Numbered from the stretch's first letter, positions 1-8,983 are shown. The stretch: DNA of 20,000 nt from an uncultured virus (IMG/VR IMGVR_UViG_3300032233_002452) (IMGVR_UViG_3300032233_002452); one strand, 5' to 3'. Program-made: numbers and translations. The notes: generated from the sequence alone by a model not told the origin.

Positions 1-45
1 GATTTTTTACAGGTTTATTTTTTGAGTAAAATTGGTCAAACATAA

Positions 46-795
46 TTAAGCAGCTTTCAACATAATTGAGGGATATTTCACAAAACCAGTTTCGTCTTTT
101 TTTGCTTTGCCTTTGGCATACAATCCAACGACAACATTTTTAGGGTCAAGGAAACGCAAATCTGATTCATCACCATTAAACACAGGACGACCCAAATAGG
201 TTTCTGGCATCGGCAAGGTTTTCTTAATGCCAAATACAACAGCGATATTATAACCTTGTTGAATGGCGGCATATACGTCAGCATCATTACCATCAGCGGC
301 AGAGAATGTCAACGAATAATTAGGAATTGATTTTACTTTGCGACCAAGAATTTTGGTATAATCATAAAAAGTCAATTCAGGGAATGCCATGAAAATATTA
401 GAATAAGATTGGCCATTGCGGAGTACTTCATACTTTTCAAAAGCAAGGTCGGAGGTACCATTCAAACGAATTACAGGAACCAAATTCATGCGAGCAGATT
501 GTTTAATTGCCAATTCAATATCTTTAACCAACAAATTCATAAATGTAATACGGTCTTCGAAAAACATTTTGGTTTTACGAATACGAGCTTGCTGAATAAC
601 GTTTGTCGTTTCGCCTCTTTTAAACATACCGCCACGACCAGCAAGGTTCAAACAAGCGGCAGTACAACCAGCGGTGCGCTTAGCACAGGTTTCATAACCA
701 GACAAATTCGCAGGGGCAAGGTGTAAGATATAAGTATTAAAACCTTCTTTAATACCTTTTAATACTTTTGGGTTACCTGTACTAAGCAATTTCAT
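46..795 (-). CDS. Conserved phage protein with Cys cluster (GP88-like / possible Fe-S or Zn-binding)
   Basis: 249 aa ORF; ETCAKRTAGCTAACLNLAGRG cysteine motif, IRLNGTSD, FYDYTK, GDESDLRFLD motifs; AAGGA RBS and promoter upstream. Confidence 0.6.
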   Translation of the reverse strand: MKLLSTGNPKVLKGIKEGFNTYILHLAPANLSGYETCAKRTAGCTAACLNLAGRGGMFKRGETTNVIQQARIRKTKMFFEDRITFMNLLVKDIELAIKQSARMNLVPVIRLNGTSDLAFEKYEVLRNGQSYSNIFMAFPELTFYDYTKILGRKVKSIPNYSLTFSAADGNDADVYAAIQQGYNIAVVFGIKKTLPMPETYLGRPVFNGDESDLRFLDPKNVVVGLYAKGKAKKDETGFVKYPSIMLKAA

Positions 796-827
796 TTCAA
801 TGTGTCCTTATCAACTCAACATAACCA

Positions 828-855
828 ATTATACAGGTTCCGGCAGGAATGGCAA
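828..855 (-). promoter_or_regulatory. sigma70-like early promoter TTGCCA-16-TATAAT
   Basis: Minus strand reads TTGCCA TTCCTGCCGGAACCTG TATAAT upstream of the 46..795 ORF. Confidence 0.75.
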
Positions 856-881
856 GCGGTCTAGCGTTCCGGTCAAGTATT

Positions 882-899
882 TGTTGTTTTTTTGCAACA
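882..899. repeat. Palindromic operator-like motif TGTTG-N8-CAACA, copy 1
   Basis: TGTTGTTTTTTTGCAACA, 26 bp upstream of the -35 at 850-855. Confidence 0.75.
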
Positions 900-931
900 T
901 CCTGTAAGCTATTGATTTGTAACACTTTTTT

Positions 932-1273
932 CTACCTCCGCATCGTTGCCTGGTCTAGAGCTTCTTCGGCACTAAAAATAGGCACAGCATTAGACTTGTG
1001 GAGGGTACCAATACCGACCATTTTATCGCCAGTATAAACTGGTACAGGTTTTTTCGAGGTATCGTGAAAACCCGAATTTAAAGACGGGTAATATGGCGTT
1101 TCACGGCGGTAAGGTTCAGACTTTTTAATATCAACTTTTTTCACTTTACCGTAGCGACCACCAAAATTGGTTTTCTGACTTTTAACAGAATCTAGCCAAG
1201 CAGTATACTCAGCTATTTCCTTTTGCGTTTTGTTTTTCTTCTTAGATTTTTGATTAGTATAAATTAAACCCAT
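932..1273 (-). CDS. Basic hypothetical phage protein
   Basis: ORF 932..1276; likely ATG at 1273 overlapping the upstream stop (TGATG); C-terminal YTGDKMVGIGTLHKSNAVPIF motif of a type I recall from T4-like environmental phages. Confidence 0.7.
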   Translation of the reverse strand: MGLIYTNQKSKKKNKTQKEIAEYTAWLDSVKSQKTNFGGRYGKVKKVDIKKSEPYRRETPYYPSLNSGFHDTSKKPVPVYTGDKMVGIGTLHKSNAVPIFSAEEALDQATMRR

Positions 1274-1407
1274 CACTTCACCATAATCATAAACAAAAAT
1301 GCAAAAGCCATAATGCCAAATGTAGCCGTTCGGCCAAGCAAGGCACCAGCAAAAGCACCGATAATAAAAAGGGTACTTGCAGTTATTTGTACACTTGCGA
1401 TATCCAT
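1273..1407 (-). CDS. Small hydrophobic membrane protein, 44 aa (not in ORF track)
   Basis: MDIASVQITASTLFIIGAFAGALLGRTATFGIMAFAFLFMIMVK*; directly downstream of a promoter; stop overlaps next start. Confidence 0.65.
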   Translation of the reverse strand: MDIASVQITASTLFIIGAFAGALLGRTATFGIMAFAFLFMIMVK

Positions 1408-1437
1408 AATCATTACTCTATCAATTCAACAAAGTCC

Positions 1438-1465
1438 ATTATACAGGTATTGGTAGGAAAGGCAA
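1438..1465 (-). promoter_or_regulatory. sigma70-like early promoter TTGCCT-16-TATAAT
   Basis: Minus strand TTGCCT TTCCTACCAATACCTG TATAAT; spacer and leader resemble the promoter at 828-855. Confidence 0.75.
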
Positions 1466-1468
1466 CAA

Positions 1469-1843
1469 TTATTTTGCCTGCTGTTGTTTTTCCGCAACAG
1501 CAGTAATATGTTTACATTTTCCACGGAAAGTAAAACCAGTACAGGTACAAGTATATTTTGAATTATCGATTAACTCAACCATATATTCTTTATCTTTCGA
1601 TTTTACTTTGAATATACGAATATTATTTTTATTTTTGGGTATTAATTCAGATAAGGCAGAATTATCGACCTTAATAAAGGTACGATAACGCTTATCGATA
1701 CGCATTCTGGATTTTAGTTGATTAACTTGATTATCGCCATATTTAACATAAGCGACAATTTTATCATTATCCAGTAAATAAGTGTGATTACAATGATTAT
1801 AATCACCTGCCCATTTTGTAGTTTCTTGTAATATTGAATACAT
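1469..1843 (-). CDS. Hypothetical protein with C-terminal SWIM-type zinc finger
   Basis: YTCTCTGFTFRGKCKHI matches the CxCxnCxH SWIM pattern. Confidence 0.75.
   Translation of the reverse strand: MYSILQETTKWAGDYNHCNHTYLLDNDKIVAYVKYGDNQVNQLKSRMRIDKRYRTFIKVDNSALSELIPKNKNNIRIFKVKSKDKEYMVELIDNSKYTCTCTGFTFRGKCKHITAVAEKQQQAK
1482..1499. repeat. Palindromic motif TGTTG-N8-CAACA, copy 2 (inside 3' end of SWIM gene)
   Basis: TGTTGTTTTTCCGCAACA, arms extend to CTGCTGTTG/CAACAGCAG (1478-1503); 16 bp from the -35. Confidence 0.7.
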
Positions 1844-1849
1844 GATAGT

Positions 1850-1878
1850 ATCCTAACACAAGATGAAGGGTCTGGCAA
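1850..1878 (-). promoter_or_regulatory. sigma70-like promoter TTGCCA-17-TAGGAT, probably yielding a leaderless mRNA
   Basis: Only 6 nt separate the -10 hexamer from the ATG at 1843. Confidence 0.65.
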
Positions 1879-1884
1879 GCCCTG

Positions 1885-1902
1885 TGTTGTTTTCCTACAA
1901 CA
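1885..1902. repeat. Palindromic motif TGTTG-N8-CAACA, copy 3
   Basis: TGTTGTTTTCCTACAACA, 6 bp upstream of the -35. Confidence 0.75.
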
Positions 1903-2064
1903 TCATTCCTGCAATAATTGCCCTTGATTCCGCAAGTCTTCCTCAAACTCTTGAACTTGCAAACGGGCAAGTGCCTGTTTCATTTGCTCAACGTCACCGA
2001 TATCGCTGGCAATTTTAGATTCGAGCTCAACGATTTGTTTTTTTAGGGTTTCTTGGTAACTCAT
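1903..2064 (-). CDS. Small coiled-coil protein, 53 aa (not in ORF track)
   Basis: MSYQETLKKQIVELESKIASDIGDVEQMKQALARLQVQEFEEDLRNQGQLLQE*; GAGGA RBS upstream. Confidence 0.65.
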   Translation of the reverse strand: MSYQETLKKQIVELESKIASDIGDVEQMKQALARLQVQEFEEDLRNQGQLLQE

Positions 2065-2191
2065 ATTCATCCTCAATCTTTTTATGTCTCTTGTCTTTCG
2101 ACTTGAACTTTTTAAAACTCATTGGTTGTTCGTCATCTTCGTAACGATTTTTCTTCTTGCTGATTTTCTCAACAAACTTCCCGCTATACAT
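2027..2191 (-). CDS. Small Lys-rich hypothetical protein, 54 aa (not in ORF track)
   Basis: MYSGKFVEKISKKKNRYEDDEQPMSFKKFKSKDKRHKKIEDEYELPRNPKKTNR*; fills the gap after clpP, AAGGT upstream. Confidence 0.5.
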   Translation of the reverse strand: MYSGKFVEKISKKKNRYEDDEQPMSFKKFKSKDKRHKKIEDEYELPRNPKKTNR

Positions 2192-2200
2192 CTTGCTACC

Positions 2201-2770
2201 TTATAGAATGTGGTCTGCTACACCTAGTTCGACTAACTCTTTTGCCGTTAACCAAATGTCACTTGGTGGCAAAAGCTTAGACTTGATTGTGCGGACATCC
2301 AGACTAGTGGCGTCACGCAAAATATTTACCATTCTTTGATTACAATTTTCATGTTCACGTGCTTGCGCTTTTATATCGTGGTACTTACCTTCTGGTGAAT
2401 CAGAAAATTGATGGCACATAATGCCTGTGTTGGGTGCAATGTATCTGTTTCCCTTTTGACCTGATGCAAAAATAAGAAACGCTGCGGACATAATAGAACC
2501 AATTCCAATAGTATGAATCGGATGTGTACTCATCTTCATTATGTCAATCAGGCCAAATGCCTGATATAAATCTCCACCAGGACTGTTCACGTATAGGTGT
2601 AAAGTTTTTGGTTTCGACTGGTCTAAATTTTCATAGACAATCCATTGAATCGCATCACGAATGTTGTCTTCATCAACATCACCCGTAAGGAAATGGATGT
2701 GTTTGTCTAAAAATTTTAATTCTATCTTTTCTTGTACTGGACAAAAGTCCAAATCTTTATTCTCTACCAT
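2201..2770 (-). CDS. clpP: ATP-dependent Clp protease proteolytic subunit (ClpP-like)
   Basis: LYVNSPGGD, GSIMSAAFLIFASGQKGNRYIAPNTGIMCHQ (catalytic Ser, His), DIWLTAKELVELGVADHI; likely start MVENK at 2770. Confidence 0.9.
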   Translation of the reverse strand: MVENKDLDFCPVQEKIELKFLDKHIHFLTGDVDEDNIRDAIQWIVYENLDQSKPKTLHLYVNSPGGDLYQAFGLIDIMKMSTHPIHTIGIGSIMSAAFLIFASGQKGNRYIAPNTGIMCHQFSDSPEGKYHDIKAQAREHENCNQRMVNILRDATSLDVRTIKSKLLPPSDIWLTAKELVELGVADHIL

Positions 2771-3701
2771 TTCGTTTTTCCCATTCGTAGGCTGTTGCGA
2801 TAATAGAGAATATATCATGTTTAGGGCGGTAATTCAATAGATTCTTGGCAAGAGTAACATCGGCAACTAACCTGTCGGGGTCACCCATTCTGCGTTCGGC
2901 AATACTGTAATTTACCTTTATGTTTTGGGTAGATTCGATTAATTTAATGATTTCTAAGATAGAATACCCGGTGCCTGTGCCTAAGTTGACAATGAAAGAA
3001 TCATTATCATCCAAGTGGTCAATAGCTAGAAGGTGTGCTGAGGATACATCACTTACGTGAACATAGTCTCGGACGCACGTACCATCATCGGTACTATAGT
3101 CATTACCATAAACTCTGAATGTATTTAGATTCCGAAAAATGCTAGGAATCAGATGTGTCTCAGGTTCATGGTTTTCACCAATATCACCCTCAGGGTCAGC
3201 ACCGGCAAGGTTGAAATATCTGAAAATACCATACTTAATTCCAGACTCCATAATCATGTTTTCACAAGCGATTTTGGTAGAGCCATAAACTGAATTATCT
3301 GGTGTTGTACATTCGTCTTCTTGTAAAGGCATGTAACCGGCTAGATAAACTGCAGCAGTTGAACTAAACAAGATTTTTGGCACCTTGTTTTTCTTCATTG
3401 CATTTAAAAGAATCGCAGTACCACCAACGTTCACTTCATGGAATTCTGTTGGGTCTTTCATTGATTCACCAACCTCAATACGTGAGGCGCAATGAATTAC
3501 CAGGTCGTACCTATGTCGAGCTAGAACTTCATTCACCCTAGTACGGTCACGAATATCACCAGGATAAAAAACGTGGTTGTATTTGTGAGTTGGTATTTTT
3601 TGGTCAAACCCAACTACAGTAAAACCTGCTATATGCAGGTCTTTACTTAACTGACTACCGAGATACCCGGAGCTACCTGTAACAAGTGCTGTTTTTTCCA
3701 T
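2757..3701 (-). CDS. galE: UDP-glucose 4-epimerase (extended SDR)
   Basis: TGSSGYLG NAD motif, FSSTAAVY, YGSTK, RYFNLAGA, GENHEPETHLIP, DGTCVRDYVHVSD, NLGTGTGYS. Confidence 0.92.
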   Translation of the reverse strand: MEKTALVTGSSGYLGSQLSKDLHIAGFTVVGFDQKIPTHKYNHVFYPGDIRDRTRVNEVLARHRYDLVIHCASRIEVGESMKDPTEFHEVNVGGTAILLNAMKKNKVPKILFSSTAAVYLAGYMPLQEDECTTPDNSVYGSTKIACENMIMESGIKYGIFRYFNLAGADPEGDIGENHEPETHLIPSIFRNLNTFRVYGNDYSTDDGTCVRDYVHVSDVSSAHLLAIDHLDDNDSFIVNLGTGTGYSILEIIKLIESTQNIKVNYSIAERRMGDPDRLVADVTLAKNLLNYRPKHDIFSIIATAYEWEKRNGRE

Positions 3702-4390
3702 GGAAATTCACTATTATATTTTTGAAATTGAATTGCATTACCTTGGTCAAAGAATTCTTTACTAACAGAATTCGGATTACCATCTAAACGATAACACATT
3801 GTATGAGCATTCGTGCATCCAAAATTAGGAAAGTTGTTTTTTAACGCACCAAAGAATTGTCTATCGGCGCCCCATTGGCCGTACCAAGCATGCCCAATCC
3901 TAACAGCAACATCACGGCGTATGGCAAAACTTGATGTATCAATGTGAAATACTTCATTGTTAAAAAATACAGGCCATTTTCCCAACGATTCACAATTGTC
4001 ATCACAGAGGTAGTTACCATTTTTATCATATATTTTCCTTAAAGAATATGCCCAATCATTACCTTCTTGAATTTTATTCACCAACTTTTCAACGTGACGT
4101 GGTTCATACCAGTTGTCTTCGTCAAGGTAACAAATAATATCCGCATTTACCAGAAACGAACAGGCAGCATAGACACGGTGACCGTACCAATTCTTACCTA
4201 CGTTTTCTTCCAATTCAATCATTCTGGTTTTAGTAGAACCAACTAGAATTTCTCTAGCTTTAGGTTCATACTGACAACCATCAATGAAAACGTAATGTGT
4301 CAAATCTTTATAAGTTTGTTTATCAACAGAATCGACACAATCCTTCAGTAACGAACTACCAATTGTAGGAGTTACAACAGCAACTTTCAT
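3647..4390 (-). CDS. Glycosyltransferase family 2 (GT-A fold)
   Basis: VAVVTPT, VDSVDKQTY, VFIDG, ICYLDEDNW (DxD), IDTSSF, GADRQF. Confidence 0.85.
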   Translation of the reverse strand: MKVAVVTPTIGSSLLKDCVDSVDKQTYKDLTHYVFIDGCQYEPKAREILVGSTKTRMIELEENVGKNWYGHRVYAACSFLVNADIICYLDEDNWYEPRHVEKLVNKIQEGNDWAYSLRKIYDKNGNYLCDDNCESLGKWPVFFNNEVFHIDTSSFAIRRDVAVRIGHAWYGQWGADRQFFGALKNNFPNFGCTNAHTMCYRLDGNPNSVSKEFFDQGNAIQFQKYNSEFPWKKQHLLQVAPGISVVS

Positions 4391-4641
4391 TTCTTCACCA
4401 AAGGGTTTACAGTATCATCCCAGCCCATTTCTTGTGAAATTTTTGACAACTTCTCAAGTGCTGCCAAACGAGCATCATCTTCTTTTTTAATTTCTTCTGC
4501 TGCTTGAATCACTTGTTCATGCAGATTCTCATCTTTCAAATCACGTTGAAAAATTGCGTCCCAACGGTTCACATATTCCTCTTGTGAAATGCTGAATGGT
4601 CGTGGCGAACTTCCTTTGCCGCCATCACTCATCTTACTCAT
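4387..4641 (-). CDS. Hypothetical phage protein
   Basis: 84 aa ORF coupled to neighbours; N-terminal SDGGKGSSPRP...Y..RWDAIF motif. Confidence 0.65.
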   Translation of the reverse strand: MSKMSDGGKGSSPRPFSISQEEYVNRWDAIFQRDLKDENLHEQVIQAAEEIKKEDDARLAALEKLSKISQEMGWDDTVNPLVKK

Positions 4642-5397
4642 TTATAATTTCCTCTCAATGTCTTCTTCTGTACAATAATCACCATATTGTATTTCAACAA
4701 TACGGCAAGGCTCATCGTATGGGTTACACAATTGATGCCATTCACCCAATGGAATATCTAGTTTGTCGTGCTTCATCATATTAACGGATGGCAATCTATA
4801 ACCACTCAACATTGCTCTATGTACAACGCATTTACCTTCAGATACAATCCAATACTCATGTCGTCCACTATGTCTTTGAAAACTTAGTGAAGCTTCGGGG
4901 TCAACAGTCAACTCTTTAACTTTCATTCCCGGTACTTCATGTAGTATACGATAATAACCCCATGTGCGTGTGGTTTTAGGATGTGTCCATTGGTCGAGAA
5001 TCCAAGAACTTGAATTCATCTTATGGTCGCCACCAATACCGAACTTGAATTCTACTCCAGCAACTCTCATCTCGGGAATATTTTCTTTTGTCCGGTCTCC
5101 ACCATTGGCAAAAATTATTTCTGCTTTTGGGTATTTGGCCTTCGCATATTCTAACACATCACATGCTGTATTGTCAAGGTCATTAATATTATATACCTCA
5201 TCAACCATGCGTAGATTGTAAATAATTCCGGCACGGTCATTCCAACGCATGAAAGGTCGACCTTTTTTACGGGTCAACCAATCATCAGAATTTACACCAA
5301 CAATAAGGTAATCACCAAGAGCTTTTGCTCGGTGAAACATTTCAATATGACCGGAGTGTAATGGGTCAAACCCACCAGATACGACCACGACTTTCAT
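4642..5397 (-). CDS. Cytidylyltransferase-like (HxGH) domain fused to mannose-6-phosphate isomerase type II cupin domain
   Basis: SGGFDPLHSGH, VGVNSDDWLTRKKGRPFM, FANGGDR, NSSSWIL; then RTWGYY, LSFQRHSGRHEYWIV, GEWHQLCNP, IVEIQYG, EEDIER. Confidence 0.88.
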   Translation of the reverse strand: MKVVVVSGGFDPLHSGHIEMFHRAKALGDYLIVGVNSDDWLTRKKGRPFMRWNDRAGIIYNLRMVDEVYNINDLDNTACDVLEYAKAKYPKAEIIFANGGDRTKENIPEMRVAGVEFKFGIGGDHKMNSSSWILDQWTHPKTTRTWGYYRILHEVPGMKVKELTVDPEASLSFQRHSGRHEYWIVSEGKCVVHRAMLSGYRLPSVNMMKHDKLDIPLGEWHQLCNPYDEPCRIVEIQYGDYCTEEDIERKL

Positions 5398-5399
5398 TT

Positions 5400-5837
5400 T
5401 TAAACTCCGATTTCGATACCGGGAAATGCTTCGACTACCAACTTAGGTGTAAGACCTTTAACACCAAGATTTTTCTTCAGCATATTGACAAGCAATGAAG
5501 CTTCATCTTTATGTAAAGACTTCAAGGTCGTAGCGAGCTGTTTAGATTGTTTATCTGCCGAAAGACCTAATGGTCGTTTTGGATGACCAATAATGTACAG
5601 GTACATTCTTCGCATCTCTTGGTCAAGGTAGGTGTGGTTTAGACCAGCAGGTTCAATCGCAGGTGTGTATTCGGGAATCTCAACATCAATTTTGATTCCT
5701 GGATGCATAGCAATAATGAAGAACTCTCGCAGAGCATAATGATTATGCTTCCGTAAGATATCAATCTTCTCTGCTTTTGTGGTGGCTTTCTCAAAATCCT
5801 CAAGGATTTCGGAATATAATTTATTAGAACTCATCAA
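5400..5837 (-). CDS. Conserved T4-like hypothetical protein adjacent to rnh
   Basis: 145 aa ORF overlapping rnh stop; LHKDEASLL, LTPKLVVEAFP motifs. Confidence 0.7.
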   Translation of the reverse strand: MMSSNKLYSEILEDFEKATTKAEKIDILRKHNHYALREFFIIAMHPGIKIDVEIPEYTPAIEPAGLNHTYLDQEMRRMYLYIIGHPKRPLGLSADKQSKQLATTLKSLHKDEASLLVNMLKKNLGVKGLTPKLVVEAFPGIEIGV

Positions 5838-6672
5838 TCACTTCCAGTAGATTTTTCAAACGATTCGCAATCATATAATTCATAAACTGCTGTTTCGTTG
5901 CGGGTTTAGTATTCTCATATGTATCTAGGATACTTTCTACAATTGGTGATGGAATAAAGTCCAAATCAATCATAGTCTGGTTACGAGACCAGTTACGTTT
6001 TAAATCATCATTGCCATCTTTAGCAATGTCAACATTCATCAATTCATCAATACGTTTTTGTGTAAGTGCCTTCTGACGAATGCCTTCAACGAGACAATTA
6101 TCGGCAGATAGAATGTTTGGCACACCGTCACCTTTATCACCATCGAGGATAAGATTCTTCAATTGCACTTTGGCATTGTCCGTCTTGATGTACTTTTTCA
6201 TAGTAGTTGAATATTGTACAACATTCGGATGTGTCTGTAATTGAACAAAGTCTTTATCGGAGGAAAGAATCATAATCTTTTCGTGAGCACAATATTTTTT
6301 GGTAAGTACACCGATAATGTCATCTGCCTCTGCGCCATCGATATCAAGTACCTTATATGGTGAACTAGTTGCCAATTCTGTACGAACTTTATGTAGACAT
6401 TCGAAAATGGATGCCCAATCATGTCCACTTGCATCACGGTTCTTTTTGCGGTTACTCTTATAAAACGGGAACACATCACGGCGCCAGTATCGTTTGTTGT
6501 CACAAGCAATAATTACATCACTACCATATTCAGCCTTGAATTTACGCAAGTTGGCACGAATAGTGTTTAGAATCATGTGACGAACCAAAGATTCTTCAAC
6601 GGGTTGTTTAGAGGAACCAATTTGTTCCATTAGATTCGCAATAGCGATTTGGTTAAAGTCAAAAATAATCAT
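5824..6672 (-). CDS. rnh: T4-type RNase H (5'-3' exonuclease, FEN-1/PIN fold)
   Basis: IIFDFNQIA, IACDNKRYWRRDVFPFYKSNRKKNR, GAEADDIIG, ILSSDKDFVQL, GDKGDGVPNILS, RNQTMIDL. Confidence 0.93.
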   Translation of the reverse strand: MIIFDFNQIAIANLMEQIGSSKQPVEESLVRHMILNTIRANLRKFKAEYGSDVIIACDNKRYWRRDVFPFYKSNRKKNRDASGHDWASIFECLHKVRTELATSSPYKVLDIDGAEADDIIGVLTKKYCAHEKIMILSSDKDFVQLQTHPNVVQYSTTMKKYIKTDNAKVQLKNLILDGDKGDGVPNILSADNCLVEGIRQKALTQKRIDELMNVDIAKDGNDDLKRNWSRNQTMIDLDFIPSPIVESILDTYENTKPATKQQFMNYMIANRLKNLLEVIDEF

Positions 6673-6713
6673 GTCACCATTCTATCACAATAAAAAATTA
6701 AAAGAGGCAAATG

Positions 6714-6887
6714 TCACTTACCATCATCGGCATACCGAATGAGAAACATCTTCACCAAATCGGTAAGTTGCCTTTGTGAGCCTATGTAAGTATCACCCAA
6801 ATCTTTAGTGCGGAAACCAAGTTTCTTTGCCTCATTTAATATATCATAATCGAGCTCAGTCATTTCGGTATTTTTGTAGTATGTCAT
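6714..6887 (-). CDS. Hypothetical protein (~57 aa)
   Basis: Start MTYYK at 6887 with GAGGA RBS; longer track ORF overlaps upstream gene. Confidence 0.55.
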   Translation of the reverse strand: MTYYKNTEMTELDYDILNEAKKLGFRTKDLGDTYIGSQRQLTDLVKMFLIRYADDGK

Positions 6888-6894
6888 ATTATCC

Positions 6895-7401
6895 TCACTT
6901 AAAGGGCCATGCAGCTGCAGAATCAGGTTCATCATTTGGTATAAATTCACGCTGAAAATACCGTTCATCAATCTTCTCTAAAATCTGCATCACTTCTTCT
7001 TCAGTAACTTCACATTCTGAGGTTTCGTACATACTATTAATTGACCATTCTTCGTTTTCTACATCATACCATGCGTAGATACAAATTTCTTCTTTTGGTC
7101 GGTGAATCAATGCCCAAGGTGTTTGCTCATGTTCGGGGAATGAAAATTCTTCCTCAGTAAGAACTCCCTTATGCAAAAATATAGCATAAGATTCCATATT
7201 CTTGTTACCACCTTCGGTGTAACGATACTCACCGTCTCCGTCTTCTTCTTCAAGGTCACCATAACCATCAAAGATGATTTTCACTTCAGGTAAATCGGAA
7301 ATATCTTCACCAATTTCCAATTCATCGGGGTCTCGCCACATTACATCCAACATTTTTAGGATGATTTCTTCATAACGATTGTAATCGAATTCTTCGCTCA
7401 T
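6895..7401 (-). CDS. Highly acidic hypothetical protein
   Basis: 168 aa, very Asp/Glu-rich, ATGA-coupled to upstream gene. Confidence 0.7.
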   Translation of the reverse strand: MSEEFDYNRYEEIILKMLDVMWRDPDELEIGEDISDLPEVKIIFDGYGDLEEEDGDGEYRYTEGGNKNMESYAIFLHKGVLTEEEFSFPEHEQTPWALIHRPKEEICIYAWYDVENEEWSINSMYETSECEVTEEEVMQILEKIDERYFQREFIPNDEPDSAAAWPFK

Positions 7402-8486
7402 TTTATTACCCTTAGTAAAATTGTTTCTGCATTCAAGCGCCCATTTGCTTCCATGTCTTTTGTTGTCAAATTATCCATAATACCACGCAATGCAACCTTG
7501 CCACCATTCAACACCTCAGGTAAAGTCTTTTCAGGTTTACGTAAAGTTTTAGTGGTAGATTTTGTTGCATTGAAACCCATTAGTGTAGAACCTTTAACAG
7601 ACAGGCCACTTGCATCATCGGCATTATATACCGACAATCGTTTATATTTAACGTTGAATACCCACAATTGAATTGCACCAATGATATCTTTGGCCGGTAT
7701 AGATTTCAATTTATAGTTATCATCCGACTCCAGCATTTTCACTTTAGCAACCAACTGGTCTGGAGACTTAGCCTTGCGCTTACGTGGTTTACGTGATGCA
7801 ACGGCTTCACCTGAAATTTTAATGCAGTCCGTGATGACCTGGTCACAATAGGCAACCAATTTTTTCAATTGTACTTTTGTGAAATTCGACCAACCCTCTT
7901 TAACCTGTGGGTCTTTTGATTCCAATGCTTCTTCAAATTGAACACGTTGAGATTTTGCCCATTCTGAGATTTGTTTGGCGTGCATACCCTTAACATTCAT
8001 GCCGTGCATAATGCCATAAGGCGCAGGTGTCTTTTTAAAATCACTTAGTACAAAATCATCAATAGAACCTTCCAACTCACCAATCATTTCCGAAACTTTT
8101 TCAGCAACACGGTCTTGGATTGATACTGTAGGTTTCTTTTCTTCTTTTTCTATGACTGGTTTTGATTTTGCAACCAGCATATCATCAACATATGATTTGA
8201 ACTTTTCTTCATGTTTATCGGAAAAGACAGCACCATTATTTTTCATTCGGCAAAGAAAACCGAATGTGTTATTTTGCCGATTGACAATATCAACCGCAAC
8301 TTTAATTTTATTTTTCTTTAGATAATCGCTAATGTATTTGATTGCCTGCTTCGAATCACGGTTTTGCCCGTACCAATTCAAAGTTTGCATCATTTTACTT
8401 TCAGAAACGGCATCAGCGGTAAACCGAGGTTCACCGCCGTTCATTGTTGCTTCAATTTCTTCTAGCGTTTTACGCCTTGTTGCCAC
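7398..8486 (-). CDS. Conserved hypothetical protein of T4-like phages
   Basis: 362 aa; C-terminal IIGAIQLWVFNVKYKRL, GLSVKGSTL, KTLRKPE, NGRLNAETILLRV. Confidence 0.75.
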   Translation of the reverse strand: MATRRKTLEEIEATMNGGEPRFTADAVSESKMMQTLNWYGQNRDSKQAIKYISDYLKKNKIKVAVDIVNRQNNTFGFLCRMKNNGAVFSDKHEEKFKSYVDDMLVAKSKPVIEKEEKKPTVSIQDRVAEKVSEMIGELEGSIDDFVLSDFKKTPAPYGIMHGMNVKGMHAKQISEWAKSQRVQFEEALESKDPQVKEGWSNFTKVQLKKLVAYCDQVITDCIKISGEAVASRKPRKRKAKSPDQLVAKVKMLESDDNYKLKSIPAKDIIGAIQLWVFNVKYKRLSVYNADDASGLSVKGSTLMGFNATKSTTKTLRKPEKTLPEVLNGGKVALRGIMDNLTTKDMEANGRLNAETILLRVIK

Positions 8487-8763
8487 TTGTCAATTCCTCA
8501 AATGTTAAATCCGGATAATTGTTGACAAACATAATACCATCGTCCGTTTCATCAACGGTGTTACTTATATCAAACGCCGCCTCTAAAACAGACTTTTCAT
8601 TTGGATAAACCGGACTTTCACCGAATAGTATCTTAAATTCTTCAGCATTCGGTATATAATTTATAGCAGAATCATCATATTTACCGAAAAGAGCATCATA
8701 TTTTTCACCATAAGCAACCCGGTAACCATCTTTAGTCACCAAGATATAAACGCCAGTATTCAT
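8470..8763 (-). CDS. Hypothetical protein
   Basis: 97 aa ORF in tightly packed run. Confidence 0.65.
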   Translation of the reverse strand: MNTGVYILVTKDGYRVAYGEKYDALFGKYDDSAINYIPNAEEFKILFGESPVYPNEKSVLEAAFDISNTVDETDDGIMFVNNYPDLTFEELTSGNKA

Positions 8764-8764
8764 A

Positions 8765-8983
8765 TCATCTTTCCAAAATCACATAGTCTCCAAAATTATC
8801 TTCAAATATTTGTACAAGGTTTTCATAATCGCCTGCCATCATATTTTTAATTATTGTATCACTATTCAAGCCTAATTGGCGGGCAAATTTGCGAGCATAA
8901 CCCATTAAAGCAAAAGCATTGCCGTCAGGACCAGTCAGGTCAATTATAACTGGTCCGGTTTGGGATTGTTTTTCCCTAATCAT
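8765..8983 (-). CDS. Hypothetical phage protein
   Basis: 72 aa; IDLTGPDGNAFALMG...GDYENL motif. Confidence 0.7.
   Translation of the reverse strand: MIREKQSQTGPVIIDLTGPDGNAFALMGYARKFARQLGLNSDTIIKNMMAGDYENLVQIFEDNFGDYVILER

Noticed and set aside
2201..2818. ClpP as prohead protease, or start at 2818
   Set aside because: No portal/capsid genes nearby; upstream extension overlaps galE by ~60 nt, so ATG at 2770 is preferred
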